DNA of 33,454 nucleotides, from contig JANPJS010000241.1 of the NCBI GenBank assembly GCA_031425655.1, positions 1 to 33,454 of the forward strand, read 5' to 3'. Below, piece by piece: positions 7,619 through 18,005 of the stretch (positions within the stretch are counted from its first letter, which is position 1; each line of letters begins with the position of its first letter). The translations under genes and the position numbers were made by a program. The DNA is from Abditibacteriaceae bacterium. Lineage in GTDB: Bacteria; Armatimonadota; Abditibacteriia; Abditibacteriales; Abditibacteriaceae. Under the pieces are notes generated by a model. It was not told the DNA's origin. It ran no database searches and saw only the letters and a list, made by a program, of their open reading frames with translations.

Positions 7619-9808
7619 TTAGAACGAGGCGCCGATGCCGAAGTGAGTGCGGAAACCGCCGTTTTTGCCCTTGCCTAAATCGAGCCGAATCGGGCCAATC
7701 GGAGTTTGCACGCGAATACCGCCGCCGATGCCGACCAGAACGCCCTTCTCGCTGCCTGCCGTGTTGCTGGAGGAAAACAATCCGCCGGATGATTTTCCTG
7801 CGTCCACGAAGCCGACGATCTGGAATTTGCGCTGCAAGCGATAACGCAGTTCGATGTTGCCGAAGAATTGATTGTCGCCGAATTGCTCGTCGGTTTCATA
7901 GCCGCGCACGGTGTCGGAGCCGCCAATGAAATACTGCTCGAAGGCGGGCAACTGCCCGAACGATTTACCGATGACGATGCGCCCGGCCAGCACCAATTTC
8001 GGCTGTTCGTTCGCTTTGTCGCCCTTCATCAGCGGAATGTAGCGGCGCAGGTCAAGATCGAATTTCGTGAAATCGGTGTCGCCGCCTAATAATTTCAAGG
8101 CTTTTTCCACGACCAACTGCACGCGGCTGCCGCGCGACGGATCAAGTCGCAAATCGCGCCTGTCGCTCACATAGCCAATCGAAGGCGCTGTAATGCGGCC
8201 CGACGCGATGCCCGGCAACGAGGTAATCGTGCCGCTGAGATCGGTCTTGAACAAACGCGCTTTTTCGCCGCGAAAGCCAAAAATTAGCGACGATACGCGG
8301 TCGTAATCGAGCGGCATGGTGTAATCGAGCCGTCCGCCGGTGCGATGCTCTTCGTAAAAGTCCGTGTCCGGCAAACCTGTGATCAAGTTGACCGAGCGCG
8401 GTTCGCGGAAGATGCGCCGGCTATAAATCGAGGCGTTGTAAGAAGCGTTTTTATCGCCGATAAACGGATTGCCGTAGCCAATGTCGAAAGTCCGCACCGA
8501 ACCGAGTTCAACCGAGCCGGAAACGCGCTTGCCGGTGCCCTGAAAGTTGCTTTCCGAAAGCGTCACGAAGCCGGAAAGCTTCGAGCGACTGTCGAAGCCC
8601 ACGCCCAGCGTAAAGGTTCCGGTGCGCTTTTCCTTGACGCCGATAGTCACGATCAGAAAACCGGGCTTGTCGGCGTCGTCGTCGAGCTTAAAAGTGACGT
8701 CCTCGAAAAAGCCCGTATCGTAAAGACGGTTTAAATCAACCTGCAATCGCTTTTGATCGAACGGATCGCCGGTTTTGGTGCGAATCAAGCGGCGCAGCAG
8801 CGATTCGCGGGTTTTCTTCAAGCCCGAAATGGCGATTTTGGAGACTTTCGCTTCCTGCACAGTTAAGGAAATTCTGCCGTCCTCTTCCTGCTTGACTTCG
8901 GTGACCAGCGAGGCGAAACCGCGCTGGCGATAAAGCTCCTGAATACGCCCGACATCTTCGTTGAGCGTGTTCGAGTTGAGGACGGTGCCGATTTTGGTTT
9001 GCACCACTTTGAGCAGTTCCTCAGTCTTGATGGAATTGCTGCCGTTGATAACAAAACCCGTGACGGCACGGTTCTCGGCGACGACGAAGGCTACGTCTAC
9101 TTTGGTGGCGTCTTCGAGGTTGGGTGTCACTTGATATTGCACCGAAGCAAAGAATCCCATCGCGGCGATTTTGGAACGGTCAAGTTCGGCCTGGCGCGCC
9201 GAAAATGCGCCGCCCCGCCGCGTCATGTTCGCCTGCAAAAGCACCGATTCTTCGGGAATCACGCGCAAGCCGACGACGCGCACCTGGGCGATTTCGCGGC
9301 CTTCGGCGGCAGCGATGGTTTCGGCGCTGGGGCCACCCTGCGTGACCGAGGGAACGAGCGGGCCGGTTGTCGCCGGCACGCCGGGTTGGGGCAGACTGCT
9401 GCCGCCGGGGCCGGTCGGACGCGTGCCCTCACCGGTCGGCGGTTTGGGCTGCGGAAGTTCGGTGCTTTTGTCGGGGCCAACCGGAATCTTCAAGCCGTCC
9501 GGCTCGGTTTTGGAATCGGGCGAGGCCGCCGGTTTATTGGCCTGATTATTCGACGCCTGAGCCAACAACACGCGCGGCTTGCGCTCAGTTGTGGCGTTTG
9601 CGATGCGCGATCCGGCAACCGACGCGACTTGCGTGAGCTGCGGCGCGGCGTCCGTTTCTTCGGCGTTGGCGGGCACGAAGAGCGCGCCACCGAGCAAAGC
9701 AACGCCGCACGTCGCGGCCAAAAAGAAAGGCGCACGCGGCGCTTTCGTAAGTTCAGAAAAATACGGCGATTTGGGTGCGGCGAGGGGTGTGGTTAAAGTC
9801 CGGTGCAT
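7619..9808 (-). CDS. bamA: Omp85/BamA outer-membrane protein assembly factor (about 3 POTRA domains, Pro-rich N-terminal linker)
   Basis: Signal-like hydrophobic stretch, POTRA repeats (..GFFASV, ..YRQRGF, ..TGFFEDV), KEKRTG barrel start, GGSDTVRGY, TPIGPIRLDLG, C-terminal GIGASF. Confidence 0.92.
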   Translation of the reverse strand: MHRTLTTPLAAPKSPYFSELTKAPRAPFFLAATCGVALLGGALFVPANAEETDAAPQLTQVASVAGSRIANATTERKPRVLLAQASNNQANKPAASPDSKTEPDGLKIPVGPDKSTELPQPKPPTGEGTRPTGPGGSSLPQPGVPATTGPLVPSVTQGGPSAETIAAAEGREIAQVRVVGLRVIPEESVLLQANMTRRGGAFSARQAELDRSKIAAMGFFASVQYQVTPNLEDATKVDVAFVVAENRAVTGFVINGSNSIKTEELLKVVQTKIGTVLNSNTLNEDVGRIQELYRQRGFASLVTEVKQEEDGRISLTVQEAKVSKIAISGLKKTRESLLRRLIRTKTGDPFDQKRLQVDLNRLYDTGFFEDVTFKLDDDADKPGFLIVTIGVKEKRTGTFTLGVGFDSRSKLSGFVTLSESNFQGTGKRVSGSVELGSVRTFDIGYGNPFIGDKNASYNASIYSRRIFREPRSVNLITGLPDTDFYEEHRTGGRLDYTMPLDYDRVSSLIFGFRGEKARLFKTDLSGTITSLPGIASGRITAPSIGYVSDRRDLRLDPSRGSRVQLVVEKALKLLGGDTDFTKFDLDLRRYIPLMKGDKANEQPKLVLAGRIVIGKSFGQLPAFEQYFIGGSDTVRGYETDEQFGDNQFFGNIELRYRLQRKFQIVGFVDAGKSSGGLFSSSNTAGSEKGVLVGIGGGIRVQTPIGPIRLDLGKGKNGGFRTHFGIGASF

Positions 9809-9845
9809 AATCCCGGAGGTGCCTCCGATAAAAATCTCATAAAGA

Positions 9846-9868
9846 AACCCCGGCGGTTAACCGGGGTT
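9846..9868 (-). terminator. Terminator-like hairpin between the ECF sigma gene and bamA
   Basis: Minus strand AACCCCGG-ttaaccg-CCGGGGTT followed by TCTTT. Confidence 0.5.
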
Positions 9869-9887
9869 GCTTTGGTTCGCTTAAATT

Positions 9888-10625
9888 TTAGCGCATTGCG
9901 GGAACACTTGCTTCTTTTTCTTCAATGGGCAGCGTGCTTCCAGGCAGCGGCCCCATCAAATAAGGCTCCATCAAGCGGCGAATGGCGTTGCGGGCGCGGA
10001 ATAAACGGCTTTTAATGGCTTCGAGCGTCGAATCCGTAATGCGCGCGATTTCTTCGTAGGTCAGTCCCTCAATGTCGCGCAATACGATGACGGTGCGGTA
10101 GTTGTCGGGCAACTGGGCTAAGGCTTCGTGCAGGCGAACGCGCAGTTCGGCGCTTTCCAGCACTTGCAGCGGCAAAGGACGCTCATCGGCCACGCGCTGG
10201 CTGCTCCAGCCCTCATTGCTGCCTTCTTCGATGGGCGCATCCAGCGACACGCTTTCCACGCGGCGGCGGCGCTGCAATTTCTTCTGCTGGTTGTGGCACA
10301 AATTGATGGCAATACGATACAGCCACGTATAAATTTGCGAATCGCCGCGAAACTCGTTCCACGCGCCGTAAGCGCGCACGAAAGTGTCTTGCGTGAGGTC
10401 GCAGGCTTCTTCGTAGTCGCCGGTGTAGCGATAAACAAGCTGAAACACCTTGCCGTGATAACGCTCGACGACCTCTTCAAAAGTCATGGATTGCTTAACG
10501 GGAAGCGGCGACGGACTTGTCGCGCCGACAGGCAAAATCGGGTCGCTGGAGCGAATCGCCGGAGTGATCGCAATCGTCTGGGGAGCGCGCATCGGCCCCG
10601 GCGAGCGGCGAGAAAAGAGAGCCAT
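9888..10625 (-). CDS. ECF RNA polymerase sigma factor (RpoE/SigW-like)
   Basis: Region 2 (FEEVVERYH, DLTQDTFVRAY, FRGDSQIYTWLYRIAIN) and region 4 (LPDNYRTVIVLRDIEGLTYEEIA..IKSRLFRAR). GAGG RBS. Confidence 0.93.
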   Translation of the reverse strand: MALFSRRSPGPMRAPQTIAITPAIRSSDPILPVGATSPSPLPVKQSMTFEEVVERYHGKVFQLVYRYTGDYEEACDLTQDTFVRAYGAWNEFRGDSQIYTWLYRIAINLCHNQQKKLQRRRRVESVSLDAPIEEGSNEGWSSQRVADERPLPLQVLESAELRVRLHEALAQLPDNYRTVIVLRDIEGLTYEEIARITDSTLEAIKSRLFRARNAIRRLMEPYLMGPLPGSTLPIEEKEASVPAMR

Positions 10626-10726
10626 TTTTATTACCTCACGAATTGATTACCAGCAGTATAACAGGCCCGCTTTTACAACTAAAGCCATTTTCAGTTGATT
10701 CGGCAGACTTTTGGAGATGGTCGTGC

Positions 10727-10755
10727 TGAGACTTATGCCCCTCTGGTTTAGTTCC
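10727..10755 (-). promoter_or_regulatory. SigmaE-type promoter upstream of the ECF sigma gene
   Basis: Minus strand GGAACTA-N16-GTCTCA, matching the RpoE/AlgU-type GGAACTT-N16-GTCnnA pattern. Confidence 0.65.
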
Positions 10756-10769
10756 AAAACATTGCAATT

Positions 10770-13700
10770 TTAAAACCGCCAGGTTTTTTCCACCGTGACC
10801 TTCTGATTGCTCTGGGTTCCCGGCCCGCCGCTTTGCTGCACGCCGAGTTGCACGCCGTTTTTAAGGCGATATTCGACGCGAAAAGTGTAGGGATATTCGA
10901 TGCCGCCGAAGCCGGCAGCCGCCGGGCCGGTTGGCGACGTGATATTGCCCAAAACGCGCCGATAACTGATATAAACGCGGTCGCCGATGGCTTTGCCGAT
11001 TTGCACGCGAAACGGCTCGTTCAAGCGATATTCGAGCGCGACCGTGTCCAATCCGAAAGCGCGTTGCAGCGATTGCTCGACACCCGACAAGAGCGGGCTG
11101 GAAATGAGCGAAAAGAGCGCATTGCGATATTTTTCCTGAACCAAGCCCGGCTGTGCGCCGCTTTCCGACGAGGTGCCGAGCAACAAAGTGAACGCCTCGT
11201 CCTGCGAAAGCGGCGGGTTCGAGGTGACGTTGATATTCAGCTTTTGCGAAGTTTCGCTGCCTAAATCAAGCGGCCCATTGATATCTAAAGTAATTTGATA
11301 GCGGCCCACTTGGCCTCGCGCTGTCGCGTTGATGTCCACTTGCGTGCGTAAAAACCCAGTGGCCGGGTCGCGGTAGGCCGAAAGGCGCAGTTCGCCTTTG
11401 GTAAGGCGTGCCTGCGTCGTGGGAAAGCGCATTTGCCCGCTGGGAATCTGCACGGTGCCCAAAACCACAGGGTCGCGCGGCGTGCCGCTGAGCGCGACTT
11501 CGCCGGTCACGTCGGCGCGCACGTTCGGCATGATGAACTGCACGCCCGTGCCGATGGAAACATCGAGATCAAGCGCCGGGCCGGACGGCAATTCTATACC
11601 GGCGCTGACACCGCCAATGGGTGTGCCGCTGAGAACGGCCTGCGTCAGCGCGACTTTGCCCGCCACGCGAATTTGGTTTTCGCTTTCTTCGTTGTCTTCG
11701 GCGGGCAGTTCGCCGGGCGCAGGCGCAACGGGCGGAGCGCCCTGCACGCGCCACGGCGCGATCCATTCGCCGTCGGCGTCGAAAATGCCGGCGTCGTAAC
11801 GCTGCGCGGCGGTGAGGCGAGCGGCCACCGAAGGGCGTGGGCTGCGCGGCAGAATGCGCGGACGCAGCGGGCGATTGTCGAAAGTCAGCACGCCATCGAG
11901 TTGGCCTTCGACCGCGTTTTTCAATCCAGCGCCCAAGCCGGCCAAAACCAAACGCGCCGGCTGCGCGCCGTCCAACGGGCCAAGCAGGGACGAAGCCGCG
12001 ACGATTTGCTTGTAAACCGCGAACGATTTGAAATCGCCCGAATCGCGCAGAGGCTGCACACGCGAATGCATCAGGCGCGCGAAGCCGGCGCTGAAATTCG
12101 GTGAAAGATCAAGCGCGCCCAGCGAATACGCATGACCTGCGCTGCGTTTCTTTTGCGCCGTTCCCGCTGCGGCCAACATCCAGCGAACGCGCTGCGAATT
12201 AGCCGGCACGCCCGGCCCGGTGCGCCACAGAAACGCGAAATTCACATCGCGCAATCCGGTAATTGTGCCCGTAGAAATTTGCGCGCCGCTGACTTCAATG
12301 TCGAGATTGTAACGATGGTGGCTTAGGGAAGCGACAGGCTGCGCGAAGGTTTCGGGGCTGATGTCAAGCTGCGCATCGCCGCTGACGGCAAAAGCGCCCG
12401 ACAGCTTGGTTTTGGCCGCTTCAGCCGCTTTTTTATCGGCTTTTTTGCTGGATTTCTTGTCTTTCGGCTCCACTCCCGGCGCGTTGCCGGTGTCTTTGCC
12501 CTCCACGCTGTCGGGCGGCACAATTTGTCCGCTCAAGGCTCCGGTGCCGTCGGCGCCGCTGAAAACCAAGCGCCGCCCCTCGACCACGCTGATGCGGCCC
12601 GTCACGCCCGACAAACCGGCTTCAATCGGCAAAAGTGTCGGTTGCAAGCGGAAACGGCCATTTTTCAGCGTCACTTCGCCGCCGATGCGCGGATTCTCCA
12701 GTGTTCCCATCACGTCGAACGAGCCGACGAATTCGTCGGCGGAAGCGCGAGCCAAAGCTGGGACGAAAGTGGCGGCGAACGCGCCCAAATCGTCGCGGCT
12801 CAGCGGCAAATGCACTTCAATCGGCGCTTTGGGCAGCGGGCCAAGCTGCTGCCAGCTCCACGGAATTTTGCCGGACGCCGACGACGATTGAAACGTGCCT
12901 TTAGTGATAGTCAGGTTCGGCCTGTCAATTTGCAAAAAACCGTTGGCGATGTCGAAGCGCGAAATACGCAGCGAATCCATTGTATAACGGTTGTAAGAAA
13001 TGTTTTCCGCCGTGATGGCGCCGGTGACTTTTGGGTCGTTGGTTTTGCCGCTGATGTCGAACGAAAAGAGCGAGAGTTCGCCGCGCAAACGCGATGAGCC
13101 GTCCACATCGCGCAGTGCGGGAATCCACGGCGCGATCTGCGATAAATTGGCGTTGATGACGCGCGCTTCGAGCGCGATGTCGCCGCCGGGCACGATGCGT
13201 GCGCCTTCGGCGACACGCAAAACGGTGTCTTCGACTTCCACGGTTTCTTCGCCCGGAATGGGCGTTTTCGGAGCTTCGAGGCGCAGCGTTGCGGTGTGAA
13301 TGGTAATGGCTTTGCCATCGTAATCGAAGGCGGCATCCACTTTGGGCAGCGGCCTCGTGATGCTGAGAGGGCCACGCGCATGAGCATCGCGCAGCGTCAG
13401 CGATTTGACCGCGACCGTGGGCCGTTGCCAGCGCCCGCCCAGATTGGCCTGCATCGCCACCGTGCCGTCTAAGCCGGGCGGCAGTTTGGCGATGGTGTCC
13501 ACCACTTGATCGAGAATTGGAATGCGCGTGGCGCGCAGTTTGAGAGCGCGCTGCGCTTCGGTCAGAGCGCCGAAAAAGAACGAAAGTCGCTCGTTTTCCA
13601 TGCTGACAATCGCGTCCAGACCGGGCGCGTTGGGTGTCGCCGGCAAATCGCCCGATACGCGCCAGATGGCGTGCGCCGCTGGTTGGTCGCCGTCTGCGGG

Positions 13701-16700
13701 CAGGTCGCGCACCAGTTCAAACTGCTGCGCTTTCAGCACGCCGTTTTGCAGCGATAAATCGGCGTTTAAGGTGCCCAAAGGCAGGCCGCGCCAGCGCAAA
13801 TCGGCGGCGCGCATTTTGATGACGCCGGTTTGCGGTTCAAACGTCGGCTTGCCGTCGGGCGCGTGCAGCGCGCCGCTGAGCAAAATATCAGCGGTCAGGG
13901 CGCCGCGCACCGGCAGCGTTCGCAGCGGAAATTTAGCTTGTCCGGGCACGCGCGGCGCTTTTTGGCGAAGGTTATCCAAATCGTCGGCGGCACGCAGCAA
14001 ACGCGAGGCGCGCACGCCGTTGGCGACTAACTTCGCCTTCCAATCGCCTTTGGGGTAATCGGCCTGAAAGTCCGCCGTGAAGGGCGTGCCGTCGGCGGTT
14101 CCGCTGACTTCGCTGAGCGAAATTTTCGGGCCGTCCGGCGTGGAAGTGAAGGCTAATGCCCCGCCCGCTTGCTCAATACCGATGCCGAATGCCTGCGCCA
14201 AACGCACGGCGGCGCGTCCCGTGACTTTGGGCTGCCGCGCCGTCCCGCCAATTTGCGCGGTAGCCGAAAGCAAGCCGTCTACGTTGGCTTCGCGCTGCAA
14301 ATCGGCAAACTCGGCGATTTCGCCCAAGCGCGCGGCGCGCACGTCGGTAATAGTCGCTTTCAAATCGAGCGCGATGTCGTCCGCCGTTTTCGTAAGCGCG
14401 CCGGTGACGGAGGCGCGGGCGCCCTGACTCCAGACAGCGAAGGATTCCAGCGGCACGCTTTTCCATTCGGGCAAAGCCACGGAAAACGCGGTGCGCGCCA
14501 CGTCTATCGGCACTTCGGTGGTTTTCCAGCGCAGCGCGCCATCGTAAAGCCGCGCTTGAACTTTGGCCTGCACTTCGGCTCGCGTGCCCGAAAAATCCAC
14601 TTGCGCGAAGCTCGTCCCGCGCACACCCCAGTCGGTCAGATTAGAGTCGGGCGGAAGCACGACAAGATTTTTAATCTGCGCGGCGTCTATTTTTTCGGCT
14701 AAAAGCTGGCCATTTAAAGCGCCGTTTTCTTCCAACTTGAGATGCCCGTTCCACTCGCCGCCCAGCGCGTTGGCGACGAAGCGCGGCAAAAGCAGCGTTT
14801 TTCCGTCAAGAACGAACTCGGCGCGGGCTTCGCGGACGGGCAGATGCTTCGTTTGGCCGTTTTGCGGCGGCAAAGGCAATGTCGCGGCCTCGGTTTCCAG
14901 CGAGCCGGAAAGCTGCGGCAACAGCCCCGTCGCGTCTTGCGAAATGCTGCCGCGCAAGGCCACGCGCACCGCCTGACCGCTCGCGCCGTGCAGCCAGAGC
15001 GGCACGCCGAAAGCGTCCAGTTGAGTTTTGAGTTTTGAGTTTTGAGTTTTGAGTTCGGAATCGCCCAATGAAGCATTTCGCGCGGCTAAAATGGCTTCTC
15101 CGGCGAACTTCCAATCTTTGGCGGAGCGAAAACGCAGCGCGCCGCTGCCGCGCAAGCGCGCGTGATGAAGATTCGCCACGCCGTCACCCGAAAGCGGGCG
15201 CAGCGACGAGGCGGGCAAGGCGAAATCGAAGCGCGTTTGATAAACGTCGCGGGCACCGGGCCGCGAAGCCACGCGCACGCTGCCTTTTGCGTTGCCGATT
15301 AACTGAAGGTTTTGCGCCTTCAAATAAGGATTGATACGCTGCGCGTCCACCGTCACCTGGGGCGCGACAAGGGCGAAGCGCAAGCCTTCGGCGCCGCTGC
15401 TGACATCGCCGCGAAAGGCGCCCATGTCGCTTTGCGCGATGGCATCGGCAAGGCGAATGTTCTTGCCGTCGAAAGTCACTTCTGCGGCCACGTCGCGCAG
15501 ATTGATGTCGCGGATGGTCACGCGCGATAAGCGCACGGTTCCCGCGACGGACGGCAAGAGATTCGGCCCGGCGCCCGCGAAGCGCACCTGCCCGCTGACC
15601 GTGCCGATATTTTTGACTTCGCGCACCGCTTCCGGCGAAAGAGCCGCGAGATTGACGCGCGAAATGTCAACCGCCCCGGCGATGGCCTGGCCGCTCCAAT
15701 TATCCGGCGCGTTCGGCGTGGCGGTGACCACGCGCAGATTTTGCCCGCGCGCCGTGCCGTAGCGCGGAATGGTGCCGTTAAAGCCGCGCAAAGTAACATC
15801 AGCAGCGGCGGGCTGCGCGTTTAAATTAGCCCAGCGGCCCAGCACGTTCGCCGCGTTGGCACTGCCCGAAATCTGGCCGAGTTTTGCTTCGCGCCAGGCG
15901 CCCGAAACGCCGCCTAATTCGGTTTTGACCCATAATTGGCCTCGCGGCAAATTGTCGCGGCGTCCGCCGAAGCCTTTCCAGAAAACCGCGCCGTTGGCGC
16001 TCAGAGCGCGCAAATTTCCCCGGCGCGGCGCTTCGGCGACAACGCCTTTGGCGCGAAAATCGGTGCGAACGCGCGCCGTTTCGAAATTGGCGCCCGACCA
16101 CGATGCTTTGCCGTTCAATGTGGCGGCGACAGCGCGTCCGGCGCGCGGCTGCGTGGCGGCAACATCGCTGGCCGTAAAAGTGGCATCGCGCTGTGTTCCG
16201 GCCACGCGCACGTCGGCCTGCAAGCGCGCGGCACGCCCGGCACCCTGCGGCAGCGCGCCCGAAACGCCGGTTGCCACGAAGTGCGTTTGGATTCGCGGCG
16301 CAGTGCCCGGCGCAGCAGCGAACTGCAAATCGCCTTTGACAGATGCGGTTTGCGCGGCGCCGTCGAACGCCTGTCCGCGCGTTCCGGCACTTTGAAAAGT
16401 CGTTTCGAGGCGCAGCGGGCCATTTTTCGCGGCGGCTAATTTCGCGTTGGCAGTCAACGCCCCGCTTTTCCAATCGCCCCACTGCGCGTGCTGAAAACGC
16501 ACGTCCGGCGCTGCGGTTTGCGCGGTCAGTTGCACGCCGTTGGCATCGCCGGCGCCGTCGAGCGTGGCGGCGACATCGCTGCTTTGCGCCGCCCCGTAGT
16601 GCGGATGCGAAAACGCGAATTGCCTCACGCGCACCGGCCCGGCGAAGCGCACATTATTGGGATCGCCGGTCAGATGCAAGTCGAAGGAAGATTGCCCGCC

Positions 16701-18005
16701 GCGTAGTTGAACCTGCTGGAATTGCGTGTTGTTTTTCAGCACCGCACGCGCGACGCGCAACAAGCGCATGGTGTCGGCGGCGCTGCTTTGCAATTGCACG
16801 TCGAAGGTCGGCTGCGGCAGCAAAACGAGAGTGCCGCTGGCGCGCAGCGGCGTATTCAGCGTGGTCAGACGAACGCCGGGCGTTTGCAAAGTGCCGCCGC
16901 TAAACGACAGCGGCCCGCTGAGGCCGCGCACTTCGCTCGGCGCCTGCGTGCCCGGTTCTTTTATTGAATACGAACGCGCCGCCACGTTGTCGAGAACCAA
17001 ATCGCCGCCCGCGATGACTTGATCGGCGCGAGGCCGATTTTTGTCGTAAGCGATGTGAAAAGTGCCGCGCGCCGTGCCGTTTTGCGCGGTTGCTTCGCCT
17101 TTGCGAAAAGCGTAATCGGCTAAAAGCGGCGCGGGAATCGGCGGCAATATTAAATCGCCCGTAAGCCATTGGCCTTTGCTGTCAAGGGCGCCGCGCGCCG
17201 CCGTCGCGCCGATATGAACACGTTCGGGGCCGAGAAAACCTTCGTCGGCGGCAACATCAAACTGCACCGGCCCGTCGCCGTTTATTTTCGCGGTGCCGTC
17301 TAAACTGCGTGCGTCGGCGAGCAGGATTTTACCGCTGGCGGAGCGAAAAGAATGGTCTTCAAACCACAAACGGCCTTCGCGCACGTCCACTAATCCGCGC
17401 CATTGCGCGCCGCCCGTTTTCTGATTTTTGAGCAAATCGGCGAAGTTAAGCTTGCCTTTGGCATCGCGCTGCACGAAAACCTGCGGCTCATCGAGACGCA
17501 CGCCGCGCAGCGTTTCAAGCGGCGGGCGGCGCAGCGCCAAGCCGACGAAATCGAGATACAGCGTGATGGTGCGAGCGCGGGCGAGGGCGCCCAGCGGGCT
17601 GGAGGCATCGCGCCCAATCACTACGTCGCGCACAACGACGTGACTGAGCCAGTCGCTTTCGACGGGGCCGATTTCGATTTTCGTGCGATATTGCGCTTCG
17701 AGTTGCGGAATGATCTGGCGGCGCAGCGTGCCTTCGATGTCGAAGCGTTGCAGCGTGTAGCGCCGACCTAAAATCAGCATCAGCGTGAGAATAATGAGCG
17801 GCAATCCGACGCGCGAAACGCGTCCCACGAGGCCCATGCCCGGCCCGTGAATTGGGCGCGAAACGTCTTCGGTGTCGCGCAGCGCGCTGGAACTGAGAGG
17901 ATGACGCCGGGCGCGCACCAAGCCTTTGCGTAGACGACGCAAGTGGCTCCAGCGTAGCATTGAGCGCTGAAAATCTAAATGACGCGAACGGCGGCGTTTT
18001 GACAT
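10770..18005 (-). CDS. tamB: TamB/AsmA-like translocation and assembly module protein (2411 aa)
   Basis: N-terminal TM anchor, AsmA-like start (LDEPQVFVQRDAKGKLNFADLL), long beta-rich repeats, C-terminal DUF490-like region (LSGTPRDP, SNPPLSQDEAFTLLLG, QIGKAIGDRVYISY, EKTWRF), near bamA. Start uncertain. Confidence 0.85.
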   Translation of the reverse strand: MSKRRRSRHLDFQRSMLRWSHLRRLRKGLVRARRHPLSSSALRDTEDVSRPIHGPGMGLVGRVSRVGLPLIILTLMLILGRRYTLQRFDIEGTLRRQIIPQLEAQYRTKIEIGPVESDWLSHVVVRDVVIGRDASSPLGALARARTITLYLDFVGLALRRPPLETLRGVRLDEPQVFVQRDAKGKLNFADLLKNQKTGGAQWRGLVDVREGRLWFEDHSFRSASGKILLADARSLDGTAKINGDGPVQFDVAADEGFLGPERVHIGATAARGALDSKGQWLTGDLILPPIPAPLLADYAFRKGEATAQNGTARGTFHIAYDKNRPRADQVIAGGDLVLDNVAARSYSIKEPGTQAPSEVRGLSGPLSFSGGTLQTPGVRLTTLNTPLRASGTLVLLPQPTFDVQLQSSAADTMRLLRVARAVLKNNTQFQQVQLRGGQSSFDLHLTGDPNNVRFAGPVRVRQFAFSHPHYGAAQSSDVAATLDGAGDANGVQLTAQTAAPDVRFQHAQWGDWKSGALTANAKLAAAKNGPLRLETTFQSAGTRGQAFDGAAQTASVKGDLQFAAAPGTAPRIQTHFVATGVSGALPQGAGRAARLQADVRVAGTQRDATFTASDVAATQPRAGRAVAATLNGKASWSGANFETARVRTDFRAKGVVAEAPRRGNLRALSANGAVFWKGFGGRRDNLPRGQLWVKTELGGVSGAWREAKLGQISGSANAANVLGRWANLNAQPAAADVTLRGFNGTIPRYGTARGQNLRVVTATPNAPDNWSGQAIAGAVDISRVNLAALSPEAVREVKNIGTVSGQVRFAGAGPNLLPSVAGTVRLSRVTIRDINLRDVAAEVTFDGKNIRLADAIAQSDMGAFRGDVSSGAEGLRFALVAPQVTVDAQRINPYLKAQNLQLIGNAKGSVRVASRPGARDVYQTRFDFALPASSLRPLSGDGVANLHHARLRGSGALRFRSAKDWKFAGEAILAARNASLGDSELKTQNSKLKTQLDAFGVPLWLHGASGQAVRVALRGSISQDATGLLPQLSGSLETEAATLPLPPQNGQTKHLPVREARAEFVLDGKTLLLPRFVANALGGEWNGHLKLEENGALNGQLLAEKIDAAQIKNLVVLPPDSNLTDWGVRGTSFAQVDFSGTRAEVQAKVQARLYDGALRWKTTEVPIDVARTAFSVALPEWKSVPLESFAVWSQGARASVTGALTKTADDIALDLKATITDVRAARLGEIAEFADLQREANVDGLLSATAQIGGTARQPKVTGRAAVRLAQAFGIGIEQAGGALAFTSTPDGPKISLSEVSGTADGTPFTADFQADYPKGDWKAKLVANGVRASRLLRAADDLDNLRQKAPRVPGQAKFPLRTLPVRGALTADILLSGALHAPDGKPTFEPQTGVIKMRAADLRWRGLPLGTLNADLSLQNGVLKAQQFELVRDLPADGDQPAAHAIWRVSGDLPATPNAPGLDAIVSMENERLSFFFGALTEAQRALKLRATRIPILDQVVDTIAKLPPGLDGTVAMQANLGGRWQRPTVAVKSLTLRDAHARGPLSITRPLPKVDAAFDYDGKAITIHTATLRLEAPKTPIPGEETVEVEDTVLRVAEGARIVPGGDIALEARVINANLSQIAPWIPALRDVDGSSRLRGELSLFSFDISGKTNDPKVTGAITAENISYNRYTMDSLRISRFDIANGFLQIDRPNLTITKGTFQSSSASGKIPWSWQQLGPLPKAPIEVHLPLSRDDLGAFAATFVPALARASADEFVGSFDVMGTLENPRIGGEVTLKNGRFRLQPTLLPIEAGLSGVTGRISVVEGRRLVFSGADGTGALSGQIVPPDSVEGKDTGNAPGVEPKDKKSSKKADKKAAEAAKTKLSGAFAVSGDAQLDISPETFAQPVASLSHHRYNLDIEVSGAQISTGTITGLRDVNFAFLWRTGPGVPANSQRVRWMLAAAGTAQKKRSAGHAYSLGALDLSPNFSAGFARLMHSRVQPLRDSGDFKSFAVYKQIVAASSLLGPLDGAQPARLVLAGLGAGLKNAVEGQLDGVLTFDNRPLRPRILPRSPRPSVAARLTAAQRYDAGIFDADGEWIAPWRVQGAPPVAPAPGELPAEDNEESENQIRVAGKVALTQAVLSGTPIGGVSAGIELPSGPALDLDVSIGTGVQFIMPNVRADVTGEVALSGTPRDPVVLGTVQIPSGQMRFPTTQARLTKGELRLSAYRDPATGFLRTQVDINATARGQVGRYQITLDINGPLDLGSETSQKLNINVTSNPPLSQDEAFTLLLGTSSESGAQPGLVQEKYRNALFSLISSPLLSGVEQSLQRAFGLDTVALEYRLNEPFRVQIGKAIGDRVYISYRRVLGNITSPTGPAAAGFGGIEYPYTFRVEYRLKNGVQLGVQQSGGPGTQSNQKVTVEKTWRF
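15023..15055. repeat. Heptamer array (GAGTTTT)4+GAGTT inside the tamB reading frame
   Basis: Perfect repeat, translated in TamB as ELKTQNSKLKTQ. Confidence 0.95.

Noticed and set aside
10833..17771. Many overlapping ORFs opposite or out of frame with tamB, and similar ones over gpmI, bamA and ppx
   Set aside because: Typical high-GC shadow ORFs with no recognisable motifs, lying entirely within well-supported genes.
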